Notes under the pieces: model-generated | What the model was told of the DNA's origin: nothing | Database searches by the model: none | Seen by the model: the letters and a program-made list of their open reading frames with translations, nothing else | Program-made: the position numbers and the translations under genes | NCBI GenBank assembly: GCA_965203555.1 | Contig: CBDBCY010000004.1 | Coordinates: 2,816,001 to 2,880,000, forward strand | DNA: 64,000 nucleotides | DNA from: Acidimicrobiia bacterium | GTDB lineage: Bacteria; Actinomycetota; Acidimicrobiia; Spongiisociales; ZC4RG35 | Reading direction: 5' to 3' | Shown: positions 38,782 through 48,387 of the stretch, one piece after another | Position numbering within the stretch: position 1 is the stretch's first letter | How the letters are laid out: the number at the start of each line of letters is the position of its first letter

Positions 38782-39998
38782 CTGTGGAAGAGTACGCTCT
38801 GATAGAGTTCCAGCAACCGGTCGGAGGTGGCTTGCCAGGAGTATCTGCCTGCCCACTTCACCGCCCGTGCCGCCATGGAGGCGCGCAGGTCCCGGTCTTC
38901 TATCACCTTGCAGATGGCCGCCGCGTAACCATCGGGCTCCCACCCGTCCACCAGCAGACCCGAACCGCCGTCGTCCACCACGTACATGAGTCCTCCTCGC
39001 CGGGCCGCCACCACCGGTAGCCCGCAGGCCTGGGCTTCGGCGGCCACCAGCCCGAAGGACTCGCTGCGCGACGGCGCCACCAGCACGTCCGCCGCCCGGT
39101 AGAAGTCGGCCAGGCGGCTGTGCCCGACCGGCGGGTGGAAGTTCACCGCCTCCGGTTCCAACCGGGCCGCGGCTCTTTTCAGATTCTGCATCTCATGTTC
39201 GCCCCGGGGACCGCTGGGTCCTCCCACTATCAGCAAACGCAGACTCTCCAGCCGCTCTCGCGCCATGGCCACCGCCGCAATGGCCACGTCGGGTCCTTTC
39301 AAGGCCTGGATTCTTCCCACGAACAGCACCAGCGGTTCGTCGCCCAAACCGAGTCTTGACCGGGCCTGGGACCGGCTTCCCGGTCGGAAGTAGGTCCGGT
39401 TGACGCCGGGAGGAGAGACGCACAACTTGGTGGGGTCGGCGCCGTAGTGATCCAACAGGTCGTCCGCCTCGAACGGCGTGGACGCCACCACGCAGTTGGC
39501 GTTTGAGATCAAGGTCTCCTCGGCAGCGATCCGCACCGGGTCGCTGGGAGACTGGTCCCTGCGCCGGGTGGCGTCCTTCACCCGGCCCAGGGTGTGGAAG
39601 GAGTTGGCCATCGGGATGTTGAAGCGCCGTTTGGCCTCCTGCGCCGCCCATCCCGACAGCCAGTAGTGGCTGTGAACCAGGTCGGGTGGGCGAGGGTCGG
39701 CTTCCAACCGTTCCACCAGCGCCCGGCTGAAAGCGGGCAGATGCGGCACCTGCTCTTCGATACAGAGGGCAGAGACCGGTCCGGCCGCCAGGTGGTGCAC
39801 CCGGTACCCCGGGGTCACGGCCACGCTGTCGGGCAGTCCCGGCTGGTCCCTTCGCGTGTACACGTCAACTTCCACCCCCTGGGCAGCCATGGTGGAGGCC
39901 AACTCGTGCAGGTAGACGTTCATGCCGCCCGCGTCTCCCTCCCCGGGGTCGCGGAGGGGGGAGGTGTGCATCGAAACGAAGGCGACTCGGGCAATCAT
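38778..39998 (-). CDS. mshA: D-inositol-3-phosphate glycosyltransferase (mycothiol synthesis)
   Basis: 'SMHTSPL..PG.GDAGGMNVY', 'HSHYWLSG', 'FVGRIQALKGPDV', 'SESFGLVAAEAQACG'. Confidence 0.88.
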   Translation of the reverse strand: MIARVAFVSMHTSPLRDPGEGDAGGMNVYLHELASTMAAQGVEVDVYTRRDQPGLPDSVAVTPGYRVHHLAAGPVSALCIEEQVPHLPAFSRALVERLEADPRPPDLVHSHYWLSGWAAQEAKRRFNIPMANSFHTLGRVKDATRRRDQSPSDPVRIAAEETLISNANCVVASTPFEADDLLDHYGADPTKLCVSPPGVNRTYFRPGSRSQARSRLGLGDEPLVLFVGRIQALKGPDVAIAAVAMARERLESLRLLIVGGPSGPRGEHEMQNLKRAAARLEPEAVNFHPPVGHSRLADFYRAADVLVAPSRSESFGLVAAEAQACGLPVVAARRGGLMYVVDDGGSGLLVDGWEPDGYAAAICKVIEDRDLRASMAARAVKWAGRYSWQATSDRLLELYQSVLFHR

Positions 39999-40903
39999 CG
40001 CTGACAACTGACGGTGTAGAGGGGTCGGTGCACGGCGCCCAGCCGGCGCTTGTACGTCTCGGCGCCCTTGAGGAAATCGAACCGGGTCAGGCCCTCGGCG
40101 ATCACCTTCTCGATCAGGGAAGTCAACAGGACCACTCCCGGGGACAGTGAAGAATAGGCCGGATCGAAAGAGGAGTTGTACAGGTAGTAGCAGTCTGTGT
40201 CGGAGTATCCGAACACGCAGGCGGAAGCCTGCCCGTCCCCAGTCTCCAGGAGATCGATCCTCCATCCGGGAAGATCTGCCAACTGCCGGAACAGCGGCGT
40301 GGTTTCCTCGTCCATGAACTGTCCTTTTGCTCCGGTAGCCAGTTTATGAAGTCTGACGAACTCCTCGAACTCCCATCCCGGATCCGGTTGGCTGTGCAGG
40401 CGGAGGTGGCCGATCCCACGGTGGTAGCGCCTGGTCTTGCGGCGGATCTCGTGGCGTTCCTTCTTGCCCACCATCTGCAGGTACTCATCGAAGGTAGGGG
40501 GCAGATGGAGCACCGCCGCCACCTCGGTCTGCTCACGGACAGGGTTGGCCCCGGCCAGGTTCAGGCCGTCCGACACCGCGTCGGCGGCCCGGCCGGGCAG
40601 AGAGTCCCACAGTAGTGTGGCGCCCGTCCCCTGGCTGCTCCACCACTCGGCGACCAACTCAGGGACGCTTCCTCCTCGAGGACTGTGGTAGTCGGTCAGG
40701 GAAGCGGGACCCGCCATCCGCACCGTTTGATCATCCCTTTGGAGGGCGAGCAATCCGTCGTCGGATTCCACCAGTTCCAACCGGTTCCGGCTGCGGTGGC
40801 CGGTGACCGCCTGCAAGAAGTCCCGACCGGGAAAGGGACCGAGGTGGGTGGACACCGTGGGGAGACGGAAAGCTGCGGTGTCCCAGTCCTGGTGAACAAG
40901 CAT
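39995..40903 (-). CDS. GNAT family protein (Acetyltransf_6, CelD/BcsL-like)
   Basis: 'LTDYH', 'LPPTFDEYL', 'KERHEIRRK', 'SLSPGVVL', 'FDFLKGAETYKRRLG'. Confidence 0.82.
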   Translation of the reverse strand: MLVHQDWDTAAFRLPTVSTHLGPFPGRDFLQAVTGHRSRNRLELVESDDGLLALQRDDQTVRMAGPASLTDYHSPRGGSVPELVAEWWSSQGTGATLLWDSLPGRAADAVSDGLNLAGANPVREQTEVAAVLHLPPTFDEYLQMVGKKERHEIRRKTRRYHRGIGHLRLHSQPDPGWEFEEFVRLHKLATGAKGQFMDEETTPLFRQLADLPGWRIDLLETGDGQASACVFGYSDTDCYYLYNSSFDPAYSSLSPGVVLLTSLIEKVIAEGLTRFDFLKGAETYKRRLGAVHRPLYTVSCQR

Positions 40904-40907
40904 CGGG

Positions 40908-42122
40908 TTAACAGGCCGCTCTCATGGTCGGATAGGGGTTGTAGGCGGGCGAACCCCTCCCGCTGGGATGAAGTTGCAGATGGAGGTGAGGAGGTCCCCC
41001 TTCGGCGTTTCCGGAGTCTCCGTTGTAGGCCACCAGCTGTCCGGAAGTCACCCGGTCGCCCTGATTGACCGCCCAACCGCTGAGATGGGCGTAGTAATAG
41101 CCAACCCCGGTGTCCGAATGCAGCCAGATGCCCCTGCCTCCCAAACCGCTGTTCACCACGGTGACGGTTCCGCTTGCCACCGCATAGAGAGGGGCGCCGT
41201 GGGGCCCGTACATGTCCACTCCCCGGTGGGTCCTGCCTCCCGATCGGGGATCTCCCCACGAGTCCACGAACGCCGACCCCGGGAAGGGGCACACCAGGCC
41301 GGGTATGGGTCCCACGCCCTCGCTCTGCCGCGACGCCCGGGCTATGGCCTGCAGGCGGGCCTGTTCGCGTCGACGGGCCTCGGCCGCTTGGGCGGCCGCT
41401 CTTCTTCGGGCCTCCTCCGCTCTCTTTCGGGCCTCCTCGGCGCGGCGCCGGGCTTCTTGGATCTCCCACTGCCTGACCAGTGCCTGGCACTGCTCGTCAA
41501 GTTCCTCCCAGGCCCCGTATTGGTCACGGGCAGTCAAGGCCAGGCTCTCCACCCAGTCTTTGCGTTGCTGTTCCAACTCCGCCAATTGGGTTTCCACCCC
41601 CGCGATTTCCTCCTGGTGTTGGTCGAGGTCCCGCTGGGAACTGAGGTAGTTGTTTATTTCGGCCAGTTGCGTCTCGGTTTGCGTGGCCAGGTAGTGGGTG
41701 CCCACTATCACATCTGCGGGGGTGTCTCCCAGAAAGGGAGCGAGGCTCAAGGCTCCCTGCTGCATGTACAACTGGATAGCGGTCTGCTCCAAACCGGCGC
41801 GAAGTTGCTCGACCTCTTCGGCCTTGAGGCTCGCCAGGGAAACCGCCACGTCACGTTGAGCCTGGACGATCTCGATCTCCTCCAGCACCAGGTACCACTC
41901 GGCGTTGGCTTCATGGAAAGCGTCCACCGCGTCCTCGTACACCACCAGATGGACGCTGGAGACTGCACAGGCCTTGTCAACTTCTGCCTTCTCTATCTGG
42001 GGCTGTGGGGGGTCTTCGTCCTCTTGCGCCATAGACAGGGTCGCTCCACCGGCGGCGAGGAGCATTCCTGTCAGTATCGCGACGAGGAGCAGGACGGCCG
42101 GGGCCCGCACCGCTTTTGCCAT
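40908..42122 (-). CDS. M23 family peptidase with coiled-coil N-terminus
   Basis: Signal peptide, coiled coil, 'HRGVD', 'YYAHL', 'HLH'. Confidence 0.9.
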   Translation of the reverse strand: MAKAVRAPAVLLLVAILTGMLLAAGGATLSMAQEDEDPPQPQIEKAEVDKACAVSSVHLVVYEDAVDAFHEANAEWYLVLEEIEIVQAQRDVAVSLASLKAEEVEQLRAGLEQTAIQLYMQQGALSLAPFLGDTPADVIVGTHYLATQTETQLAEINNYLSSQRDLDQHQEEIAGVETQLAELEQQRKDWVESLALTARDQYGAWEELDEQCQALVRQWEIQEARRRAEEARKRAEEARRRAAAQAAEARRREQARLQAIARASRQSEGVGPIPGLVCPFPGSAFVDSWGDPRSGGRTHRGVDMYGPHGAPLYAVASGTVTVVNSGLGGRGIWLHSDTGVGYYYAHLSGWAVNQGDRVTSGQLVAYNGDSGNAEGGPPHLHLQLHPSGRGSPAYNPYPTMRAAC

Positions 42123-42168
42123 ATACCAGATAGGTTAAAACGATTGGCAGGTCAATGATTCGAGGCTC

Positions 42169-43161
42169 TCAGGCGAGGAGGGTGAGCAGGGCGAAAAAGA
42201 CCATCCCGGCACACAGGGGACCGTCCAGGTTGGCCAGTATCCCCGGCAGGGGAGTGGACCACAGCCGTCCGGAGCGCAGCAGGGCGCCGAAACCTTCCCC
42301 GGCCAGATAAGCTGCCGCCAGACCGAACCCGATCAGCAGAAAACCGGTGATGGAGAAACCCCACAACATGGCGCCGAGCAACGACAGAACCACCACTGCG
42401 ATCACCACCGTGTTCTGTCGGTTCAGGAATCGGTTGGTCTTCACCCGCCGGGCAACCTCCGCCAGGATGATGGTGCCCACCGCCACCGCCAGGAAGAACC
42501 CCACGGTCCTGGAACCTGGTTCGTAGACGGCCCGGGCCAGCATCAGCGATGCCAGGGCCCCGCAGGCCACCGTGCCGATCCCCGCCGATATTCCGATGGA
42601 TACCAAGTGGCGCCGGCGGGGCACGAACACCGCTGCTCCCAGGGAGAAAACAACGCCCATGGAGAGGGCGAGGAGCGCCGCGGGCGGTCCCAACAGATGG
42701 ATCAGGCCCACGGCCACCACCTCGGCGGCCAGCAGTGCTCCCACCGCCATCCGGTACCCGCGTTCGGCGGCCGCCGCCGCTATGTCGATCGTCCACAATC
42801 CGACCATGGCTGCCAGGATGGGCTTCCACAGGCTCAGATCGCCCGACAGGTTGCCCAGGACCAGCGCCGCCACAACTATCAGGGTTCCCACCCCGCCCGA
42901 TCCCAGTTCCTTTCCCAACGCCACCGATCCTCCCGACACAGGGGGCAGCAGCGCTATCTCGTCATCGGCGTTGACCGGCGCAAGGGCGTCCACTTCTTCA
43001 CCGTTGCGCCACACCTTGGCGGTTGCCAATCCGGCCGCAAACTGGGCGCCGAAGCGGGAGGAAGCTGTTTCCAGCACCTCTCCCACCGTCTCGCCTTCGA
43101 TCATCACCTCGGAAGCGTGCGCCGCCTCTCTCAGACCGGCGAACAGTCGTACTCTAGGCAT
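42169..43161 (-). CDS. MoaD/ThiS ubiquitin-like domain fused to a multi-TM domain
   Basis: 'VRLFAGLREAA...DEIALLPPVSGG' continues without a stop into about 250 aa of TM helices. Confidence 0.78.
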   Translation of the reverse strand: MPRVRLFAGLREAAHASEVMIEGETVGEVLETASSRFGAQFAAGLATAKVWRNGEEVDALAPVNADDEIALLPPVSGGSVALGKELGSGGVGTLIVVAALVLGNLSGDLSLWKPILAAMVGLWTIDIAAAAAERGYRMAVGALLAAEVVAVGLIHLLGPPAALLALSMGVVFSLGAAVFVPRRRHLVSIGISAGIGTVACGALASLMLARAVYEPGSRTVGFFLAVAVGTIILAEVARRVKTNRFLNRQNTVVIAVVVLSLLGAMLWGFSITGFLLIGFGLAAAYLAGEGFGALLRSGRLWSTPLPGILANLDGPLCAGMVFFALLTLLA

Positions 43162-43284
43162 TGTTTATCAGGATAGACGGATCGCCTCTGCGTGGCTGTC
43201 TCTTGTTCGCAAACTGCAAGTATGGCCGTCTCCACGCCCCGGATATACACTGGACGGATTGAGATAACCCGTCCTGGAGGTGAG

Positions 43285-44256
43285 ATGTACGCGATAAGGG
43301 TGGAGAGCCACGGGGGCCCCGAGCAACTGCGGTGGACGCAGGTTTCTGATCGCGGGCCGGGTCCGGGCCAGACGCTGGTCACCGTGTCGGCCGCGGGAGT
43401 GAACTTCATCGACACCTATCACCGGACCGGTCTTTATCCGGTGGAGCTCCCCTTTACTCCCGGGTTGGAGGGGGCGGGGATCGTTGCGGAAGTGGGGGAA
43501 GGGGTGGAGGGGATCGAAGCGGGTGATCGGGTGGCCTGGACCAAGTGCCAGGGCTCCTACGCTGAACAGTTGGTGGGGCCTGCGGATCAGATGGTTCCCG
43601 TGCCGGAGGGTTTGGAGATGGAGTCGGCGGCCGCAGTGCTGTTGCAGGGGATAACCGCCCACTTCCTGTCGCACGACACTTATCCCTTGCGGGAGGGTGA
43701 CCGGGCGCTGGTGCACGCCGGAGCGGGGGGAGTGGGATTGTTGTTGATCCAGATGGCCAAACAGCGGGGGGCGGAGGTGTTCACCACGGTAGGTTCGGCG
43801 GAGAAGGGTCGTCTTGCCCAAAGCGCCGGGGCCGATCATGTGATCAACTACCGGGAAGTGGACTTCGGTGATGCGGTGGAGGAGATCGCCGGACCCAAGC
43901 CACTGGACGTGGTCTACGACGGGGTGGGCGCCGCCACTTTTGACCGGGGCCTGTCGGTGCTCCGTCGCCGGGGGATGATGGTCACCTTCGGGAACGCCAG
44001 CGGGCCGGTTCCTCCCGTGGCGCCGCTGCGCCTCACCCAGGAGGGGTCCCTTTTCTTGACCCGCCCCACGGGATGGGACTACATGACCAACCGCGCCGAA
44101 ATGCTGGAGAGAGCCTCTTCAGTGTTCGGAATGGTGCTGAGGGGTGAGGTGAGTCTGCGGATCGGTCACAGCCTGCCCATGCGGGAGGCCCGCAAGGCCC
44201 ATGAAATGCTGGAGGGAAGAGCCACCACCGGAAAGGTGATCCTCACCCCCAATTAA
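43285..44256 (+). CDS. qor: NADPH:quinone oxidoreductase (zeta-crystallin family)
   Basis: 'GVNFIDTYHRTGLY', 'HAGAGGVG', 'VYDGVG', 'FGNASG', 'GSLFLTRP', 'TTGKVIL'. Confidence 0.9.
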   Translation: MYAIRVESHGGPEQLRWTQVSDRGPGPGQTLVTVSAAGVNFIDTYHRTGLYPVELPFTPGLEGAGIVAEVGEGVEGIEAGDRVAWTKCQGSYAEQLVGPADQMVPVPEGLEMESAAAVLLQGITAHFLSHDTYPLREGDRALVHAGAGGVGLLLIQMAKQRGAEVFTTVGSAEKGRLAQSAGADHVINYREVDFGDAVEEIAGPKPLDVVYDGVGAATFDRGLSVLRRRGMMVTFGNASGPVPPVAPLRLTQEGSLFLTRPTGWDYMTNRAEMLERASSVFGMVLRGEVSLRIGHSLPMREARKAHEMLEGRATTGKVILTPN

Positions 44257-45407
44257 CGGCGGAGTTTTTCCATGCGCTCCAGGGCGATCCGCAGTGTCTC
44301 TTCGCTCTTGCAGAAGGCGAACCGGACCATCCCGGCCCCGTCGGCCGGGTCCTCGTAGAACGTTGACGGAGGGATGGTGGCCACCCCCACTTCTTCGATG
44401 AGGTGGTGCACGAAGGACACATCGTCAGGGAAACCGAAGGGCCGGTGATCCGCCATCAGAAAGTAGGTGCCCTCCGGGAGGTACACGCCGAATCCCAGCC
44501 GGTCCAGGCCCTCCGCCAGCAGGTCCCGCCGGGCGGTGTAGAGCGCCTGCAGGTCTTCGTAGTATCCAGGCGGCGCCGCCAGGGCGGCCACGGCGCCGTA
44601 CTGCATGGGATTGGGAGTGGTGAAAGTCAGGAACTGATGGGCGGCTCTCACTCCGGCGGTGAGAGTCCGGGGCGCCACCGCCCATCCGGTCTTCCAACCG
44701 GTCACGGAAAAGCTCTTTCCCACCGATGACATGGTCACCGTCCGTTCCCACATGCCCGGCCAGGCCGCCAGGGAGAGGTGGGGGAGACCATCGAACCGGA
44801 TGTGCTCGTACACCTCGTCGGTGAAGGCGATCACGTCGTGGGAGACGCACAATTCGGCCAGCAGATCCATCTCTTCGCGGCTGAACACCCGGCCGGTGGG
44901 ATTGTGAGGCGTGTTCACCACTATCGCCCGGGCGCCGCCCGCAAACGCCGCCCGCAGTTCCGCTTCGGGCAGCCGAAAACCGGGAGGTCGCAGCGTCACG
45001 AACCGGGGCGCCGCATCGGACAGCGCACATCCCACCGGATAGCAGTCGTACCAGGGTTGGAGCAGTATGACGGGGTCCCCGGGCTCCAATAGCCCAAGGA
45101 AGGAAGCGGCCAGTGCTTCGGTGCATCCCGAGGTGATAGTGACGTTGCGGCCCGGATCGACGGCCCGCCCGGTCTGATGTTCGAAGCGGGCGGCGACCGC
45201 CTCCCGGAGGGCGGGAATGCCCATCGAGGGGGGATACTGGTTGGACTGCTGATCGATACCCGCCTTGGCGGCGGCCTTCACAAAGTCCGGTCCCTCGAAA
45301 TCAGGAAATCCCTGTCCCAGATTCACCGCCTGCACCTCCAGGGCGCGGGCGGACACCTCGGAAAAGATGGTGCTTCCGAAAGGACGCAATCGGGTTGCAA
45401 CAGCCAT
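44253..45407 (-). CDS. PLP-dependent class I/II aminotransferase (DapC/YbdL-like)
   Basis: 'NLGQGFPD', 'NTPHNPTG', 'DEVYEH', 'SVGKSFSVTGWKTGW', 'VRFAFCK'. Confidence 0.92.
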   Translation of the reverse strand: MAVATRLRPFGSTIFSEVSARALEVQAVNLGQGFPDFEGPDFVKAAAKAGIDQQSNQYPPSMGIPALREAVAARFEHQTGRAVDPGRNVTITSGCTEALAASFLGLLEPGDPVILLQPWYDCYPVGCALSDAAPRFVTLRPPGFRLPEAELRAAFAGGARAIVVNTPHNPTGRVFSREEMDLLAELCVSHDVIAFTDEVYEHIRFDGLPHLSLAAWPGMWERTVTMSSVGKSFSVTGWKTGWAVAPRTLTAGVRAAHQFLTFTTPNPMQYGAVAALAAPPGYYEDLQALYTARRDLLAEGLDRLGFGVYLPEGTYFLMADHRPFGFPDDVSFVHHLIEEVGVATIPPSTFYEDPADGAGMVRFAFCKSEETLRIALERMEKLRR

Positions 45408-45465
45408 GATCAGATCAGATTAGGCGTCGTTGACCAACCACGGGGCCTATCGATCGGTTTGGCTT

Positions 45466-46119
45466 CTAGACCAGGACGGCGTGCACTTCGCCCGGTCCGT
45501 GCACCCCTCGGGTCAGGGTCAGTTCTATGTCGCCGGTGCGGCTGGGTCCGGTTACCACCATGATGTTCGCCATCCGGTCGGGTGATTCGACCTGTGCCGC
45601 CCAGTGCGACAGGGAGCGGACAATCCGGTTGGTCGGGATCAGCACCACGTGCACCTCGGGGATCACCGACGCCAGGCGGGAACGTCCCGGTCCCGACGTC
45701 ACCACCACCGAACCGGACTCGGCCAGCGCCGCCACTGCCGCCGATATCCCGACCTGCACGTCAAAATAGCCCGTCTGATGGGGAATCCGACTCTCGGGAT
45801 CCGAGGGCAGGACGGTCTCTATCCGCCGGTACCCCCGTTCGTCCAACTCGTCGAGCAACCCGTCGGCCGGGAGGTGTTCGGAGTCCCAGGCGACATACTC
45901 GTCGACACCGCGGTCCGCCATGATCTTGGTGATGACCTCAAGGGGCGAGTCATGATAGACCCTCCCGTCCAACTCTTCGAAAGCCTTGATGAAGTGAGCG
46001 GTCAACTCCACCTCGGGCAAATGGGGGAGGCTGGGTTCGGGATGGGTGTCGGTGTGCCCGGGAACCGTGTCGGCGCCAACCGCCTTGCGTATCCGGTTGA
46101 GAAACTCGCTACGTTCCAC
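45466..46119 (-). CDS. lutC: Lactate utilization protein C (LUD domain)
   Basis: 'ALAESGSVV', 'RLASVIPEVH', 'TGPSRTGDIELTLTRGVHGP'. Confidence 0.88.
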   Translation of the reverse strand: MERSEFLNRIRKAVGADTVPGHTDTHPEPSLPHLPEVELTAHFIKAFEELDGRVYHDSPLEVITKIMADRGVDEYVAWDSEHLPADGLLDELDERGYRRIETVLPSDPESRIPHQTGYFDVQVGISAAVAALAESGSVVVTSGPGRSRLASVIPEVHVVLIPTNRIVRSLSHWAAQVESPDRMANIMVVTGPSRTGDIELTLTRGVHGPGEVHAVLV

Positions 46120-47512
46120 TGCGATTTTCCTTCCACCATTGCCGAAAGGACTGGCCGGCGGGGGTGGGAAAGTCGCGGCTGTCGGTCCATCCCTTGGCGT
46201 GGAAGGGTAGACGGTGGAGCCACTCGCCGTCTCTTTTGACCCTTCCGGCCACACGACCGGCGGCCAGCGCCGATTTCCACAGGGCCGGACGTTTTGCGAT
46301 CTGGCGGTACAGGGCCAGTCCCGGACCCATCCATTTGAAGGGATCGTTCTCCTTGGTCGCCCGAACCCGCTGGTTGACCAGGAGTTTGGGAATGTCGATC
46401 CGCACCGGGCAAACCTCCCGGCAGGCGCCGCACAGGCTGGAGGCGTAAGGCAGGTCGACATGGTCCTTGAAGTCGGCCAGGCCGGGCGCCAGCACAGCTC
46501 CCACCGGGCCGGGATAGACGTGCCCGTAGGCGTGGCCGCCCACCTCCCGGAACACCGGGCAGACATTGAGGCAAGCGCCGCACCGGATGCAGGCCAGGAT
46601 CTCGGACGCGTCGCTCTCCAGGACCTTGCTCCGTCCGTTGTCGACGATCACCACCGCGAATTCGTCGGGACCGTCGGGGTCGCCGGGCCGTCGGGGACCG
46701 GTCACCACATTGGTGTACACGCTGAGCCTCTGTCCGGTGGCCGAGCGGGCCAGTATCTCCACGATGGTGGCCGCATCTTCGAAGGTGGGGACCAGCCTCT
46801 CCATGCCCATCACCGCGATGTGCATCCGGGGAGCGGCGGTGGTGAGCCACCCGTTCCCCTCGTTGGTGATGGTGACGATCGACCCGGTCTCGGCTATTCC
46901 CATGTTCACTCCCGAGATGCCGACGTCGGCGGTGAGAAAATAGCGACGCAGGTGGTGACGAGCCATCTGCGTGAGGGTCGGCGGATCGTCGGTGTAGGGA
47001 AGGTCCAGTTGCTTTTGAAACAGAGTCCCGACATCCTGGCGGGTGAGATGCATCACCGGAGCGATGATGTGCGAGGGGTGGTCCTCGGCGATCTGCACGA
47101 TGAACTCTCCCAGGTCGGTCTCCACCACGGTGTGACCCTGTTCTTCCAGATAGTGAAGCAACTCCAGTTCTTCGGTGACCATCGACTTGGATTTGATGAC
47201 CAGCGACTCTTTTTTGTTTCCCACCAGGCGGCCGATCATTTCGTTGGCTTCCCGGGCGTCGGCCGCCCATAGCACCTGCCCCCCGGCGCGTTCTACCGAG
47301 TCGGCGAACTGGTCCAGGTAATGATGCAGATTGGCCAGGGTGTGGAGTCGGATCTGCCGCCCGCGGTCGCGGGTCTCCTCCATGGCCGCGAAGTCGTCCA
47401 CCGCCCACTGGCGCTTGCCGGTGAACCGGCGGGCGGCTCGGCCCACCGCCGCAGGTTTGGGGGTGGACATCTCCTCGACGGCGCGGCGGCGGAAAGTAAC
47501 CGACTGTTTCAA
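46109..47512 (-). CDS. lutB: Lactate utilization protein B (Fe-S)
   Basis: 'KSKSMVTEE', 'ETDLGEFIVQ', 'PSHIIAP', 'CIRCGACLNVCP', 'SSLCGACREVCP'. Confidence 0.92.
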   Translation of the reverse strand: MKQSVTFRRRAVEEMSTPKPAAVGRAARRFTGKRQWAVDDFAAMEETRDRGRQIRLHTLANLHHYLDQFADSVERAGGQVLWAADAREANEMIGRLVGNKKESLVIKSKSMVTEELELLHYLEEQGHTVVETDLGEFIVQIAEDHPSHIIAPVMHLTRQDVGTLFQKQLDLPYTDDPPTLTQMARHHLRRYFLTADVGISGVNMGIAETGSIVTITNEGNGWLTTAAPRMHIAVMGMERLVPTFEDAATIVEILARSATGQRLSVYTNVVTGPRRPGDPDGPDEFAVVIVDNGRSKVLESDASEILACIRCGACLNVCPVFREVGGHAYGHVYPGPVGAVLAPGLADFKDHVDLPYASSLCGACREVCPVRIDIPKLLVNQRVRATKENDPFKWMGPGLALYRQIAKRPALWKSALAAGRVAGRVKRDGEWLHRLPFHAKGWTDSRDFPTPAGQSFRQWWKENRSGT

Positions 47513-48288
47513 GTCCGCGGTCCCCCTTCGGCCCGATCTTTGGCCAGCGCCGAGGCGATGTGAAGCACTTGCATGGGATTGTCGCGGCGCCGCAGTCCTC
47601 CTTCCAGGTGCATCAGGCAGGCGGCGTCCGCTCCCACCAGCATCTCCACTTCGGCTTCTTCCAGCCGGTCCAGCTTGGTGTTCATTATTTCGGTGGAGAT
47701 CTCGGGCATTTCCAGGGCGAACAGCCCCCCGAAGCCACAGCACTCCTCGGCGCCCTCCAGGTCCAGCCGTTCCACCCCGCTCACCGACTCCAGCAGAGAC
47801 TCTCCCTCTTTTCGCAGCCCCAGACCCCGGAGCGCATGGCAGGAAGGGTGATAGAAGGCGCGGGTCCGGTCCCCGGCGTCAGATCCGCCCGCCTCTTCCC
47901 GGTCCCCGGCGTGGTCTTCTTCTCTGTTTTCCGCCACGTAGGAGGTGAACTCGCGGACCCGGGAAGCCACCCGATGGGCGAGTGCCGCCTTTCCGGGAAC
48001 ATCGGCCGCCAGCCGCGGTCCGTGATGGATGATGAAGTCGGAGCATGACCCCGAGGGGATCACGATCGGCCCTTCGGTGCGGTCCAGCACTTCCAGGTTG
48101 TGAATCAGCACGTCGGCCGCCTCCCGGCGGTGACCGGCGTTGTAGGCGGGCTGGCCGCAGCAGGTCTGGTCCTGCGGGAATTCAACCCTGGCGCCGTTGC
48201 TCTCCAATTCTTCCACCACATCCCGGCCCACCTGGGGGAAAATTGCGTCTATGACGCAGGTGACGAAGAGTTGAACGGTCTCCGACAT
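47509..48288 (-). CDS. lutA: Lactate utilization protein A (CCG domains)
   Basis: 'LFVTC', 'QTCCGQP', 'PSGSC', 'HPSCH', 'ECCGFGG', 'CLMHL'. Confidence 0.92.
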   Translation of the reverse strand: MSETVQLFVTCVIDAIFPQVGRDVVEELESNGARVEFPQDQTCCGQPAYNAGHRREAADVLIHNLEVLDRTEGPIVIPSGSCSDFIIHHGPRLAADVPGKAALAHRVASRVREFTSYVAENREEDHAGDREEAGGSDAGDRTRAFYHPSCHALRGLGLRKEGESLLESVSGVERLDLEGAEECCGFGGLFALEMPEISTEIMNTKLDRLEEAEVEMLVGADAACLMHLEGGLRRRDNPMQVLHIASALAKDRAEGGPRT

Positions 48289-48387
48289 GGGGGTCCACAC
48301 TAGCGGAGAGCCATTTCGCCAGAGTTGTCAGACTTTTGCATTGGTAACGATTCGGGTTTGCCGGGTCTTTGGCATATTATCCCGGTT

